Assembly (NCBI RefSeq): GCF_025526975.1
Contig: NW_026515699.1
Span: 186,001-250,000, forward strand
DNA: 64,000 nucleotides
Direction of reading: 5' to 3'
From: Fimicolochytrium jonesii
Taxonomy: Eukaryota
Below, piece by piece: positions 1 to 11,064 of the stretch; position 1 is the stretch's first letter; each line of letters starts with the position of its first letter. The notes below the pieces were generated by a model that saw nothing but the letters and a program-made list of their open reading frames with translations, ran no database searches and was not told the DNA's origin. The position numbers and the translations under genes are program-made.

Positions 1-254
1 ATCCCAAAATCGACCCACAGCAGCGCGCAGGTCAGTTCGCGTTGGGCGCGCGGGTCGGTGAAGTCGAGAGCGGGAGTGCCGGTTTTTGTTGTTACTATGC
101 TATGGGCGTGTCGTTTGGAGGTGTTAGATGGTTGGGAAGAAAGGTGTGAGGTGGTGGTTTTGAGGGCACATACATACTATGGGCTGAGGTTTGGGTATTT
201 TTGGGCGAGGGTGCGGAAGTCGGGTTTTTGGACGTAGGGGTTGCGGTCGTGCAT
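1..254 (-). CDS. METTL16: U6/mRNA m6A methyltransferase METTL16 homologue, 5' part (runs off the window)
   Basis: Spliced translation MHDRNPYVQKPDFRTLAQKYPNLSPY|IVTTKTGTPALDFTDPRAQRELTCALLWVDFG matches the METTL16 N-terminus (MHxRNxY..PDF..LA.KYP...DF.DP.A.R.LT..LL..DFG); GT-AG intron at 177-100. Confidence 0.9.
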
Positions 255-560
255 GGTTTGAAGTTGAGGGGGGGTACTTCTTCGTGCCGATGCTGGAGGT
301 TTCGCATCGAGACGCTCGAGACGCATGGCATGCATGGCGCCTCTTCCAGGAATACAGTAATAGGTTGCCAAAACGCTGGTTACGACGGGCGCGTTGAAAA
401 GCGTTGAAGGAGATTCACCGAAGGTGCATGTGTGCGTTCTACTGTGCCCCCAACCGCCCACGGATCGAACGTCCCACCCAGCAAAGGATTGGAAAAGAGC
501 CGAAACCACTTGCTCCCCCTCCCCAGAACCCATCCTTCCTCCACCGCAACCCCCACCACA

Positions 561-784
561 ATGGCCGAATCATCCTCCGCGGACGGCGGCCCCGCCTCGC
601 AAGACGACCTGGACGATTTCCGCGAGCAGGACCGGTTCCTGCCGACGGCCAACGTCGCCCGGCTCATGAAGCGCGCGCTGCCGGAGAACAGCAAGATTGC
701 CAAGGAGGCGAAGGATTGTATTATGGAGTGTGTTTCGGAATTTATCAGCTTTGTTACTTCGGAAGGTGTGTATGGGAGACGGAA

Positions 785-815
<31 letters not shown>

Positions 816-1792
816 GGGTAATAGGCCGGGAGGTTTGTGTGGGTGTTGTTGGGCAGCGACGTTAAGGAACAGGACGAAAGCGGTTTCTCGGAACAGTGGC
901 ATTCACGACGGGCCTCACCGGATTCTGACCATTCCCCTTGTTTCCCTCCTACAGCAAGTGACCGATGTGTAGCAGAGAAACGTAAAACTATCAACGGCGA
1001 GGACATCCTGTGGGCGTTTCAATCGCTCGGGTTTGATAGTTACTGCGAGGTCATGAAGGTCTATCTCAACCGGTATCGCGAGGTAAGTACGGGGACTGTG
1101 TCGCTGTGTTTCCACCAAGGGGGATGGGCGATGGGCAAACGCGGCAGGGACTGGAAAGTAGGGAGAAACCGAAGGATGCGGGACGGGCTCGAAAAGAGAC
1201 TGGACGGGCGGTTGCAGCGCATCATGCGTGGAAATACCCTTGCGTGGAAAGATAGTCATACGGATGGGATGACGACCGTTGAGGGAAAGGGGTGGTGAAT
1301 TCCCCAGACCATCCCCGCTTCACATCACCCACCCACTACCGCCCACTCCCACTAACCACTGTCCTGTCCCCTCCCACCCAGGCAACAAAACTCGAACGCG
1401 CCGCCTCAGTCCCCCCACCCCCCGTCCCCACAACCCAACCCAACCTATCAGTCCCAACCGACGCCTCATCCCTCCTCCAAGACCCGCCATCAACCGTCAA
1501 TTCACAGATCCAAATGCCTCCGCCATCATCATCTCCGTCGATACCGCAGGGGTATGCGCATGTGGGGCATGTATTGGGGGCGAGTGTGGATGTGAGGGGG
1601 GCCGGTGCGAATGGGAATGCGAATGGGAATGCAGATGGACAGCCTGTGCCGACGGGGATCTCGGAGCAGACGGCGTGGGCTGAGGGGGGTGCGGCGAAGG
1701 AGGAGGGCAATGGGGTGGTGACCCCATTGTTGGTACCCGGCGTCAGTGAGGGGGATCAACCGATTCAACAGCAGGCAGCACCGGATGGGTAG
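561..1792 (+). CDS. HAP3: CCAAT-binding factor subunit B (NF-YB/Hap3), 3 exons: 561-765, 955-1082, 1382-1792
   Basis: Histone-fold motif [68 protein letters not shown]; canonical splice sites. Confidence 0.95.
786..815. repeat. ~30-nt poly(G) tract inside NF-YB intron 1
   Basis: Directly visible homopolymer; its length may be an assembly artefact. Confidence 0.9.
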
Positions 1793-2055
1793 TTGGGTCT
1801 CCCTGGGTTTCCCGCAACACACCAACTATCCCCTCGCACCCTTCATGTACATAATTTACCCGTTTTCTGAGACGTCTCGCGGATCCCGCCGCAAACTAGG
1901 AGGGAGGGAGAATAGCAAATGAATCAAAATGAGAAACTTATGCATACTCTGTGATCCATGGGAAAATCGGATGATTTCATTTCCAAACATGGGCGAGAAG
2001 AAATTATGTTATATACATAGGAAGGGTAGGACCCGATTCTCAAGACATAGTAAAT

Positions 2056-2879
2056 CTACTGCTGCTCAGCAAACTTCCTAATCTCAGTCTCGAGCTTTGT
2101 AGGGTTGGCACCGACGATCTCGCCGACGCGCTCGCCGTTGGAGTAGATGAGGAACGTGGGCATGGAGGTGACACCGACTTGTTCTGCGACCTCGGGGACC
2201 TGGGGTAAGGGGAAAGGGGGGGTGGAAGTTACAGTGAGTCGTGGGTGTGAGGTGTGAGGGGGTGGGAGGGGTAGGGGGGACGTACCTCGTCCACGTCGAC
2301 CTTGATGAAGGTAGCCTTGCTGTACTTGTTGGAGAACTCCTCGTACTTGGGGGCGATCATCTTGCTGCGAGTGCCACATTGGGAGAACGAGGATGGGTAA
2401 GTCACTGCACCCAGGAACGTGAAAGTATAACACTCGAGATCACATACCATGGTCCGCACCATGTGGCGTGGAAGTCTGTGAAAATGGATACGAGGGACGG
2501 GAAAGCGATCAGTACTGCGCTCCCACCCATTCAAGAAGCTAGATAGATTCGCTGGGACTCAGCGGGGAAACCATCCCCCAAATCAGATTCAAGAGAGGCG
2601 AGCGGCATTCTCCCGCCCCCAGCCCACATGTCGTGCAGGTATCCTTAAGCGTCGTCGCCTTTCCCCAACAGCCGAAACTAATCTCTCCGACTTCAGATAC
2701 GTACCAACTAAAAGGGGAAAAGCCACGAAGAAGAAAGTGAGCATACAGTGGCACAGCGATGGTTAAACGGGGCGGATCACACTCCCACCGAGATCTCCTT
2801 CGTGACACTTACCAATCACAAGAGGCGAGCTCTTGATGATAGAGTTGAACTCATCAGCGGTTGTGACAGCCTTGACCAT
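2056..2879 (-). CDS. TRX: Thioredoxin (4 exons)
   Basis: MVKAVTTADEFNSIIKSSPLVI / DFHATWCGPC / KMIAPKYEEFS..FIKVDVDE / VPEVAEQVGVTSMPTF..VGANP; WCGPC active site reconstructed across exons. Confidence 0.95.
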
Positions 2880-3750
2880 TTTTGCTAGTTGTTTTGTGTG
2901 TGGGTGAGTTGCGAAAGGTGGCGGGGTGCGTGCTGCGTTTGTCGAATGCAAGTGTTTTGTTGGGGGGGATGTGGGGTTGGGCTGGCGAGCTTTTATGTGT
3001 TTCCCGGCCCTCTCCGGCTGCACCCAAGAGTTGCGTGCGCGAACGGAGCCTCGACGCCTTCGACCCTTATTAATCAGCCACTTAAGGGTGGTTTAAACAA
3101 ACCTGGTTGTTGCCGCACGCCTTTCTGATCAAAATGAACAGATTTCTAATCAAACGCAGAGCAGAGATGAAATGTCTCGATGGAGGGGGTTATGTTCAAG
3201 TTGCGCAGTTAGGGTTAGCGACGCGGCAGTCACTCCAGAGGCGGGGAATGACGAAATCCGCCAATGCAAAACGTCGGTGGACAATTTGGAACGTCTACTC
3301 CGACCACTTGCTGGAACATCCCAGACGGTGGGCTCACAAACTACGAGGAGACCTGAAAGATCCATACAGAAGAGGAAGATGTAAACCACCAAATACTTTG
3401 CTACACTCAAACGTATGTACGGTAACGGTATCAAAGTTCTGCCCTGACGAAGCTACCCGTGGGGTGAGGTGCGCAAAGTCCCTCTTCGCTACACTAAGCT
3501 GTACAGTTTTCGCGTTCTTGGAAGGTTTTTGGTGATTTCCGGTTAGCCTATCCTGGAGGAAGCCCATTTGCTTCTCGGCACGTTCTTCATCCACTTTCCT
3601 TGATTTCGGACTGTTTGTGACAACCGACTCTTGCCTTGAGCTTTGCAAATCCCGACGCTTTGAAGCTTAAACAATCTCTTTTTCTTTGACTCCGTTCGTT
3701 GACTCCGTCTTCTCATCATACCGCGTCACTCGAGTTATGCTTGTCGGTCT

Positions 3751-6700
3751 TCAAGATGACCTTTCATCGACGGGTGGCGACCTCATCAGGTGGGGCTGCT
3801 GATTCATGAACACTGTTGTGCAAGATGATGATAAATGAGTACGATGTCCACCCGAGATATATGTCTGCAGTCAGACATACCTGGAAACGGGGGTGGGGGT
3901 ATACCGCCATAGACATGATGCATCGGAATATGATGCGGATGACCAGGGGGCGGCGGCGGCAACATTCCACCGATATGCACGCCGGGGGGTGGCGGCTGGA
4001 AGTTATGCGGTGGCGGCGGCAACATATGCGGGGGCAAGAAGTGGTGCATAGGCGGTGGTGGTCCGGGCGGTCCGCCGTTCATGTTGAAGAAGGGTGCTAT
4101 TGGGGGAGACGTATGTTGCTGTTGCGGCTGCAAACCTGGTTGTTGCTGGTGTGAAAGTTGGTGGGGCTGGACTTGTTGTTGTTGAGAACCGGAGTTGGGT
4201 CTTTGACCGTTGTGAGGCGAGGGTGGGCCGCCCATGGGGTGGAATCGAGCTGGGCCTCCCGGTCCCATCGGTAGCTCGTGAACTCCTGAAGGAATGCGGG
4301 GATCTCCGTAAGGACCTGAACCTGGAAGGCACAATGCGCTGCATCAGAGAGTATTCCGCACTCGAAAAACCTTCAGGAAGTATACATACCACCCAACATT
4401 TCATTCCCAAGCTGCTTGAACCTCATACCTTCCTCATTGCGTAAACCCGGAGCATAAGGTTGACGGTTCATATCCCCAGGGGGGCCATGGTGTTGCTGCT
4501 GCTGAGGATTCTGAATTTGACTTTGATTCTGGTTTCGTTTAGCTTTGCTGGCCGCCTGGATCATGGCGGTAAGCTGCAAACTCGGGTCGTCCGGCAGGTC
4601 CATGTTCACTGTGTTATGATATAGCGACTGTTGTTGTTGTTGTTGTTGTTGTTGCTGTTGCTGCAGCGGATGTTGCGGTTGATTTTGGGGTGGGTAGTAT
4701 CCCTGCTGCATATTGTGCTGCGGAGGAGGGAACCGAGCATTTTCCTTGGTATGACCGAGCTTGTCGTCGAAGCGGGCAGCTGGTGGCGGGCCGGTTGGTT
4801 GTTTTCCGTTCTTGGCGTACTGACCGCTGAGCGCAGCCGGGTCAGCTAGTCGTTGGCGCGCGGCGGGATCATCGGGGTATCCGAGTCGGTCGTTATTCAT
4901 CGGTGCCTGCTAAACGGGATATGTAATGCCTCAGCAAGAAATTGACGCCTGTAGGGAATGGCGAAGGATTCATACCTGATTCACACTGAATCCCGCGAGC
5001 TTCTCCATTACCCTGCTTATGCCCGCACGGTCCTCCTCTGATGGAGTAGCAGGTGCTTTGTGTTGATCATTCCATGGCTGAAACTGTGTCTGAGGGGGGC
5101 CGCTCTTGCCTTCGCCATTCCTTTTGGCGTTATTCCTATAAGCAGCCAGCAAATCTTCCTCACTCAGTGCTTGTTGTGGAGGGACATTCCGGATACCGGG
5201 GGGTCCTTGTCCGCCGAACTGCATGTTGCTGCTTTCCATACGACCGGCGGCGCTGAAGAGGTCGTTTATGCCTATACGTTGCATGCCAGCTTGGGGATTG
5301 TGCTCAGGCAGGTTGTTTTCCTTCCTGCTGTCCAGCGCCCCGTCGTTAGGCTGGCCGGGCGTTTCACTCCAAAAACGAGCGAATCGGGATCGCTCTCCTT
5401 TCTGTTTGGCCGGTTCTCCACCCGATGACGAGTCAAAAATGTTCTTCACGGGAACATTGTTGATGTCAAAGTTGATGTCAAAGAAAGCAGACATATCTTC
5501 CGGAACCGTTGTCGGGGTTTGTGCAGCAGCAAGAGCCGCTGCAGCTGCCGCGGCGGCCGCAGCAGCAGCTAAGGCATCCGCATCCGATGGGACCATTGAC
5601 GGGCCAGAAGCAGTACTTCCGGCGGCAGGCACCTTCTCGCGTTCCTGAGTGTTCGACGATTTGCCTGGTTCTTCCTTCCTGTTCGCTGCTTCTCGTCTTC
5701 GCATCTGAGCTTTGAACCGCTGAATGTCATCTTGCTGTTCTGAAAGACCACCGCCAGCAGACTGATCATTAGATCCGGCGCCACCATTGGTTGACGAGAC
5801 TTTGTCGGAATCTGCGCTCATCCATTCTGGTTGACCATCGCGTTCGCGGCCGACGCGACGCATGGGCATGGTTCCAGGAGACCAGGGTTCGTTGGACTTG
5901 GCTGTGTTGGGACGCGATGATGCGCCGCCTACATGATTTCAGAAAGGTTTGGTCAAGATTCACGGGACCCCGATTCACGCTTTCACCAGCCCAGACATCG
6001 TACCTTCAGTTCGGTCCCTCCATGATCCGCCACCAGTACCCGAAGACGTTGGCCGCTCAGTCCGTATTGGCCGATCTTCACTTCGTCCTGTGTTTCTTCT
6101 TTCTGTGGCACGGTCGCTGACGACGGAGGGCTTTCCTACCCCCGCAACATCCCTGTCCCGCTCACGACCTTCCCGAGGCTCTCGGCCATCCCGCTCACGA
6201 TCACGAGGCTCTCGGTCGGAAGAGTCTCGTTCCCTCCCGCTGGTATCCCTTGCTATTGCTGGGTTGTCTCTGTTACGAGGATTGTTTGGACGGTTTGCTA
6301 AACGGTCGGCGACGGAATACTAAAGAGACCAGGGTAGGGGGTTTTGAGCATGGGGACAAGTAGATGTGGGAAGGGGGTGAACCGGTACATACCTTAGGGG
6401 CCAAACTTGGTTCGGGAGACTTGGCTCGTTTCCCGGATTCACCAGCTTCTTGCGTCATGTTCTTCAATCCATTCGTTTGCGCAGATGCAAAGCTCATTTT
6501 AGGCGGGCCGAAAACGAGATTCTTCTCTGTAACCGACTGTCGAGTTAGCGTCTGAACGGAAGCAGCAGCCACCTGGACACCAACGCATACCTGCAAATCT
6601 CGAGCTCGATCCAGCCCGATTAGGCGGGTGGGGTAAGGCATCGCCTACTGTCTTCTCGCCGGGTGCCCCGCTCCCAGATGTTCCGGCAATCATCGAGGTT

Positions 6701-7044
6701 GCCGTGGATCGGCCTCCTCCACGCTCTCTTGGCGGAGCCGTAGCACTAGAGATTACCAGAGTAGCATGGATCACACAGCGGTCAGTCCAGCGTCACATGC
6801 CACAAGTATATGCGAAGCTGCCTTTTCCAACGCCGGGGAGCAAGTTCACATTGTAGGGGCTAACATACTTTGCGAAATCAATCAAGTTCAGCTTTTCCGG
6901 TTTGACAGCCAAGGGGCTATTTCGGAGGGCCAGTAGAAACTTCCTAGAGTATCTCTTTACGTCTTTGCTGTTCTGGCTGGCCTTTGCTGTCGTCGTTGGC
7001 GATTCAACCTTTCCTGGAGAGGCGGTGTCGGAAACGGAGGCCAT
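3751..7044 (-). CDS. eIF4E-binding protein resembling 4E-T/EIF4ENIF1 (multi-exon, disordered, Q/P-rich C-terminus)
   Basis: N-terminal YSRKFLL (YxxxxL-phi) followed by short conserved-looking islands LVFGPPKMSFAS, QPEWM and RSRFARFW in the order seen in 4E-T; exons joined by eye, last exon VFMNQQPH...ERSS*. Confidence 0.65.
4629..4665. repeat. (CAA/CAG)n tract encoding poly-Q in the 4E-T-like gene
   Basis: tgttgttgt...tgctgttgctgc on the + strand. Confidence 0.85.
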
Positions 7045-7754
7045 CCTGGGAAATTCGTTTCAGCGCTTCCTCTGGGAGAGGCAAAAGTCACTGTGTATGT
7101 AGCGTTGAAGCAGCTGGTGATGAGCAGAGAGCAGTTCGTCAGAGGGGGATGTCCCCAAACCCTGCAGGGTCAAATGTACCCGGTGGGAGCAGGCAAGTTG
7201 GCGGTATGTGATCTGGCTCGTAGTACTGTGCGGTCGCAGGTATCGGATGACACTGAGTTCTATGGCTGCTGGGGAGTTGATTCGTACTGGCTGGTGATGA
7301 CTGTTTCTGGACCTGGACGATGTTATCTGTCTGAAGGGGTCCCAGTTGCAAGGAGTGAGGCATCTCAGCAGACCAGCAACATGCACCGTCATAAGCAACG
7401 CGGTAAACAACGGGTAAAAAATGGGCGGAAACTAAGGAAAACATGAGAACACAGAGATGCAATACTTGGAAAGCCGATGTCCAACAGCTCAACATTGATA
7501 CTGGTCTACAAGCGGCTAACAGGCCATCACTTCGCATGCCTATAATACTCTGCTAGCTGAATCAAACTACTTGAAATCCCAGCCAGATGTCCCATGAACC
7601 ATCGCCCCTGGGGAGCTCATGTGATGAGCATAACGGATTCACTTACGGGTCGTGTTGGCATATCTTTTGGGTCTGAATCCGGCTCTGAAGTCCTTGCAGT
7701 GCAGACCTTGCCTACGAGTGAGATCAGGTAACGAGGGAAGCATAACCATGCAAA

Positions 7755-8430
7755 TCAAAAACCACAAGCAATACTAACCACAAGCAATAGCTCAGATGTC
7801 TTTTTGCACCCCAGTCGGCGGGCTTTGATAGCCTTCGCAACCCTCTTCATAGTCCAGAGTTTCGTCTGTTCCGCTTTTAGCATCTTTCCTTCGTCTAGCT
7901 CTCCCCATATGTCTTCATTCCATGTCCTCAGATGCATCCGCTCGACATTCCATACATCGTACTCTTCCCTATGTGTGGGGCGATGTTGTAAGGCATCTCG
8001 GGCGATGTACTCGTGAGGTTGAGGCAAGCAAAATTCTTGGCTTCCTCATCCTGGTGGATGTAGGAGGTAGAGTCTTTGAATCTTTTTCCAAGTGTATGCA
8101 ATCGCATGCCGAAATGATTGCGAAAGAAAACTTGAGATTATGGTTTTTGTGTTTTGATCGACGAAAGCGAAGGGCATCTCCCGACAGATGATTCCAGAAT
8201 CGTGGGATCCATCGCGATGCCTTCCATGTTCGGTGCTATCTCAATCTTCTTGACGTGCGGGCCGATGGCTAAGGGCATCTCTGGGGACGTGCTTGTGAGT
8301 TGTTGGACTCGAGAAAAGATTTTCGGTTGTAATTGCTTTCTCATGTTCGTTGAGATTTTCGAGTCAAGGTGCTGGAATATCTCGTCCAACGTTTCCAACG
8401 GCAGTCGGGAATGCGCGGATTTGTGACAGC
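7755..8430 (-). pseudogene. F-box protein relic with an internal duplication
   Basis: SRLPLETLDEIFQHL F-box-like motif with an in-frame stop upstream and no ATG; in-frame stop at ~8138; duplicated peptide LTSTSPEMPLAIGPHV / LTSTSPEMPYNIAPHI. Confidence 0.5.
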
Positions 8431-9125
8431 GTCATTGACGCTTTTCGAGCCTCGATGCGGTAGACATTGTCGTCGTTCGATATCAAAATCTGCTATGGGG
8501 TCTGTAGACTACTGACTTGGGACAGTGTATTTTTCTCTGGGAATCGTCAAAAGTTCGTTGGGTACCCGAATAACCGCCGATTTGTTTTACCGTCGTTGTC
8601 TTCGGAGGGCGGACCTCCTTTCACTTCTCCCCTCCTCCTTTCTCTTCTCCCGGCCGGCTGTACATGTAGCGTTGGACTTCTGGGTGTTGGACGATGTTTC
8701 CGCAATCCCCCTCGCCGGTGTCAGGAGCGAGTCGAATATCGAAAGCGTCGCGCGTTCCGCATTTGCACCGAGTTGGCAAACACAACGCGGGGAACCATGT
8801 CCAGGGAGATTCGAGGCTTGCCCTTCGTCAGTGAGAACGCCGCTCTTCGCCGACGGTTATTTGAGTTAGGCTGTGCAGTGTGGATGATGTCCCTCGGGAG
8901 TCGGGAACGAGAAAGGTGTCTTATCGACAACACACCGTCACGCGTCGATCTCCGCGGCTCTGCATTTCCTCGCCGTGGAAACAAACCTAAGAAATTACGG
9001 AAAGTTACACCCGCTTGCGGCTTTATGCCCCTTCAAAACATATGCCATGAGAGTCGTCTATATAAGCATGTAATCCATCCGTCGCCGTCTCTATCGCCAT
9101 CCGACACCACCTCCAGCTATCCAAA

Positions 9126-10254
9126 ATGGGAGTAACAAAGCGCAACATCCTCGCCAAGCCCCGAACAGACCCCACCGGCAAATACATCTACGACACGCAC
9201 CTCGTCATCCCGTCCACCGCCCGCGAGTCATGGCCTGTGCTCGGGTACCCGCTCGTGATTGCGCTTGTGTATGCGTGGTACAATTATTTGACGCTGGATG
9301 CGAAGTTGAGGACGATTGTTGCTGCTGTTGCTTTTGCGGGGATTGGTGGGTTCGCGGGTTTCGTAAGGGGTTGAGAGTTGGAATAGATGTTGATATATGT
9401 GGTTGTTGGGTTTTAGAGTACAACTTCTATAGCACGACGATTGAGACTGTTGATGGTAGGTGCATTTGAGCTACGGATGGCGCTAGGGATACCAATAGCA
9501 CACTCTCGCGAGCCATATGCGGAAGGCCCGGATTGCGTCTTATGCACAGAAATGCTCTACTCCTTCGCCCCCATGCACCTCTCGAGCACTGACATCAGGG
9601 TATATATATACACCAAGTGCGAAGTTCGTAGCCCTAATTCCCCATCTCCCATAGGCGACATCCTTCTCCGCCCCTTCGACCCTCGCTGCCGCAAAGGCCA
9701 CACGGTAAGCCCAAGAGGACTCCAGCATGCAGAGGCGGAACACCGCCCATCTAATATCTATCCGCCATTCATCAGACCTGGCATCAATTCTTCGCCAACA
9801 TCATCTTCACGCCGCTCCTGCTCGACATCTACTTTGCGGTAGTTCCGACGTGGCCGCTTCGTGTGTTGCTGTTCCCGTTCAATGTCTGGTTGTTGGAGAT
9901 TGTTGAGGGGTACGCATTGTCTGCGTTTGATCCGGGAGCGCAAGTGAGGATGTCTTGCTCATCAGTTTCTCCGTCGTTCTTGTCACCATAGCTATGTCCT
10001 CATGTACTTGTACGGTTACAATCCCGCCTGGACTTACCGCGGTGAGTGGTCAACTCACCTGCAGCCCACACAAAGGGACCCACACTGATCTATCCCCACT
10101 CTCAAAAATAGGAACCGACGCCTACTTCCACAACAATATCAAGCTCGGCTACTGGTACTTCTGGCTGGGCTTGGGTGCCGCTGTTGAATTGATCTTTCCG
10201 TTCGCGGTGCAGTATACGCAGGCGGCTGCTGCTGCGTTGATGCAGTACCTTTAG
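9126..10254 (+). CDS. Multi-exon, multi-pass membrane protein of unknown function
   Basis: About 6 exons join in frame via GT-AG introns: ...VAFAGI|EYNFYSTTIETVD|GDILLRPFDPRCRKGHT|TWHQFFANIIFTP...FPFNVWLLEIVEG|YVLMYLYGYNPAWTYR|GTDAYFHNNIKLGYWYFW...YL*; TATA-like motif at ~9060. Confidence 0.7.
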
Positions 10255-11064
10255 GGGAGGTTGAGTGATGGAGGGATAGACATGGGTATTCCATGGCGTG
10301 TTTTGCAGTCCTTAATGAGACGCTGCGTATGTAACAAGACGTGCGTGATTGGCGAGACTTTACCGGCGTACGATGGACGGCCCCCCAGTGTTCCTGTAGC
10401 AACGATGCAGTTTTTTTAAACTTAGACATCTTAATAAATTTGACCCTCATACCCATGCATAGGGGGGCTCCTGCAATCTTGATGGGCATTTGTCGGACAA
10501 GGTACAAGCAATGTTGAACCTGCTACCTAGAATTGACCCAGCTGTCACCCTAACTTCCAGGTTTTCCCATAGCACATCCCATCGCCACTCCACACAGCCG
10601 CCGTTTAACCCATGCGTGCCGGCTGTCTCCATGGACCGCGCGCTAAAGCTAAGTGGACAGATTTCGGTGTTCTGAAGAAGTAGCATTCCGAAAGGTTACC
10701 TGACCAAACGTCCGAAGTCCTCCGATCGTTTTCTCTTCGCAAAGGATGGCAGCGTCTACCCAAACACCAAGGCGTTCCTTCCCTGAGAGCGCTGAGGGGA
10801 GTATGTCTCTGTTGCAAGGTGCCAAAGGAGCAGCGAGCGCCTATAGGTCTTTGTGGAAAGTGCACCGGACGAAGAGAGAGCGCACGCGTTGCAGACGTCT
10901 CGCCCCTCTCGCCCCCTTCCAAATTCACGCCTTGGGCTTGGGCTTCGGCATTCCCATACGCATAGGGCGGTCCCTGCACAAGAGCTCTGTACATGTACAC
11001 ATACTGTACATAAAACGACGCCCACACTGGAAGCTCCCGTCGTTCGCAAACCCATATCGCAACA

